A stretch of DNA of 64,000 bases, from positions 1,923,803-1,987,802 of the forward strand of contig ML996687.1 in assembly GCA_010356995.1 (NCBI GenBank), in the 5' to 3' direction. Each line of letters starts with the position of its first letter. Positions within the stretch are counted from its first letter, which is position 1. The translations under genes were made by a program, and so were the position numbers. The notes below the pieces were generated by a model. That model was given only the letters and a program-made list of their open reading frames with translations, had not been told where the DNA came from and searched no databases. Below, piece by piece: positions 62,326-64,000 of the stretch. Source of the DNA: Trichodelitschia bisporula (Eukaryota).

Positions 62326-64000
62326 ATGTCCGCCGATGCGCTTGCCGATGCCATCCTGCAGTCCGTCGACGGCGCGTATCCTGACGATGAACAAGTCATC
62401 GCCGCCGAGCTGGACTCCGGCGCGCTCGATACTGTGTTGGCCACCATTGGCCGCGCGCGAGACGACGTGAATGTGCGTCGCGTTGGCTGCTCGTTGCTCG
62501 TTTCCTCGCTGACAAGTGCAGGCCGAAATCCGCGGCTTGAGCCGGGAGAGTGCTCCGGACGTCGATGGTTGGATTGCGCAGGCGAAGCAGCTTAAGGCGG
62601 ATGTCGAAGAATCGAAAACCGCCGCCGCCGCCATTGTGCGCGACGCTGAGGTCGGCAAGGCGCTGCAGGCGCGAGTAGACGATGCTACGAGCAAAATCGA
62701 CCTCCTACGGAAGGAACTGGACTTCAACAATGCACTGGCGACGACGTTCAACCAACTGCAGTCGGCGTGGGACCTACTCGCCAGCGTGGGGGACAACGAT
62801 GCGCTGCTCGAAAGCTTGACGCGGCTGGAGACGGCGCAACGCGTGGTCGGCGAGCTAGACGGGTTCGATAACACACAGTTTGCGGCGATTCTGCAGCGGC
62901 GTGCGAGCCAGGTGCGAGGGCTGCTAGTCACAAAGGCGCTGGGATGCTGGAATACAATGGTCGTTGCGGATGCGGAGGCTCGGACGATCACCATCTCACA
63001 ACAGGCGGACGGAATGGCGCTGCAAGAGGTGGCCACCGCGCTGGCGGCGCTGGGAGAACTAGACCATGCTGTGGGACGGCTTCACCGCGACCTCGACGCC
63101 ATTGTCATCACGCCGCGATTCACTGTGGCCGCCGACGGAGCGGTCGCGGAGCTAGAGGTTGGCAACGGATTGCGCGTGTCCAGTCGCAATGACGCCCCAG
63201 ACACGATTGCCATCATCAACGATGCCGGTGCATTGCTCCGCTTCTTGCGTGACCAGCTCCCGGATGCCGCTCTCCGTCCGTTACTCGAGCACGCTGTCCC
63301 GTCGCTGATGTTACATTTAATCTCCGCGTGGCTCGACCCTGCCGTGCCCGTGTCACTCAGCGAGATCGACCGGCTGCACGAGGTCGTGACACACGTTTCT
63401 GCTCTTGCTGAGGCGCTCGACACCTTTGATGTTGCTCTTCCTAGTGATGCCGACCTAGCGGAATGGGTGGAACGGCTGCCACAGACTTGGTTAGCGCGGC
63501 GGCGCGAGGCAGCACTCGTCCACCTAAGGGGAGCATCCTACGAGGCTGTCAAGGCGCGGCTGCCAGTTGAACATGTCGAAACGCAGATAGTCTCTAGTGA
63601 TGACGTCATGGTTACAGATGACTGGAACGCATGGGGAGACGAAGAGGAAGACGAAGCGGGCCATAACGGGGCGGAAGAAGCGGAAGAGGCACAAAAGGAA
63701 AAGGAGGCGAGCAATGAGGATGACGAGGATCCTAGCGCATGGGGTTTCGAGGAGCCTGCGGAAGACGAAGCAGCTCCAGGGGACGCCGACACCACTGAAG
63801 GCGATGAGGATGCCTGGGGATGGGGTGATGGGGGTGATGATGATAATGGCGAATCCGACAAGCCTAAGCCGATATCCCCGAAGGCCACCCCCAAAAAGCC
63901 CAAAACCAACGGCCGTCCCACCGAACGCGAAATCACCCTCCGCGAGAACTACACAGTCACCGGCATCCCCACCACCCTAACAACACTCATCAACAATATC
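62326..64000 (+). CDS. DSL1: Dsl1/ZW10 ER-tethering complex subunit, 3'-partial
   Basis: DVDGWIAQAKQLKAD coiled coil, acidic Trp-rich lasso (DDWNAWG, AWGF, DAWGWGD), then ITLRENYTVTGIP. Intron ~62473-62521. Confidence 0.82.

Overview
Eukaryotic, GC-rich, intron-containing DNA from a filamentous ascomycete (Pezizomycotina; GT-AG introns with CTRAC branch points), with three N-gaps (11974-12019, 19584-19708, 32653-33102). It is a gene-dense housekeeping neighbourhood. Gene order: hypothetical (partial), eIF3j, clathrin heavy chain, pyruvate carboxylase, DPH4, conserved fungal hypothetical, RCY1, Cys6-type transcription factor, BAR-PH-ArfGAP, ATP11, RAM2, Zn2Cys6 transcription factor, dienelactone hydrolase, mitochondrial S13, cyclophilin B, DED1, YTM1, hexapeptide acetyltransferase, M16 peptidase, DSL1/ZW10 (partial). 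Gene models were spliced by eye, so exon boundaries are approximate. The non-coding DNA holds the most interesting signals: (1) a four-copy dispersed repeat family lying downstream of genes; (2) an ~820 bp TIR-bounded MITE-like relic; (3) an ~1.5 kb highly self-complementary region with a telomere-complementary 9-mer, a tentative telomerase-RNA or other structured ncRNA candidate; (4) a systematic C-rich to G-rich skew flip along transcription units; (5) stacked uORFs ahead of a transcription factor; (6) a structured long intron in pyruvate carboxylase. No homology search or folding computation was run.
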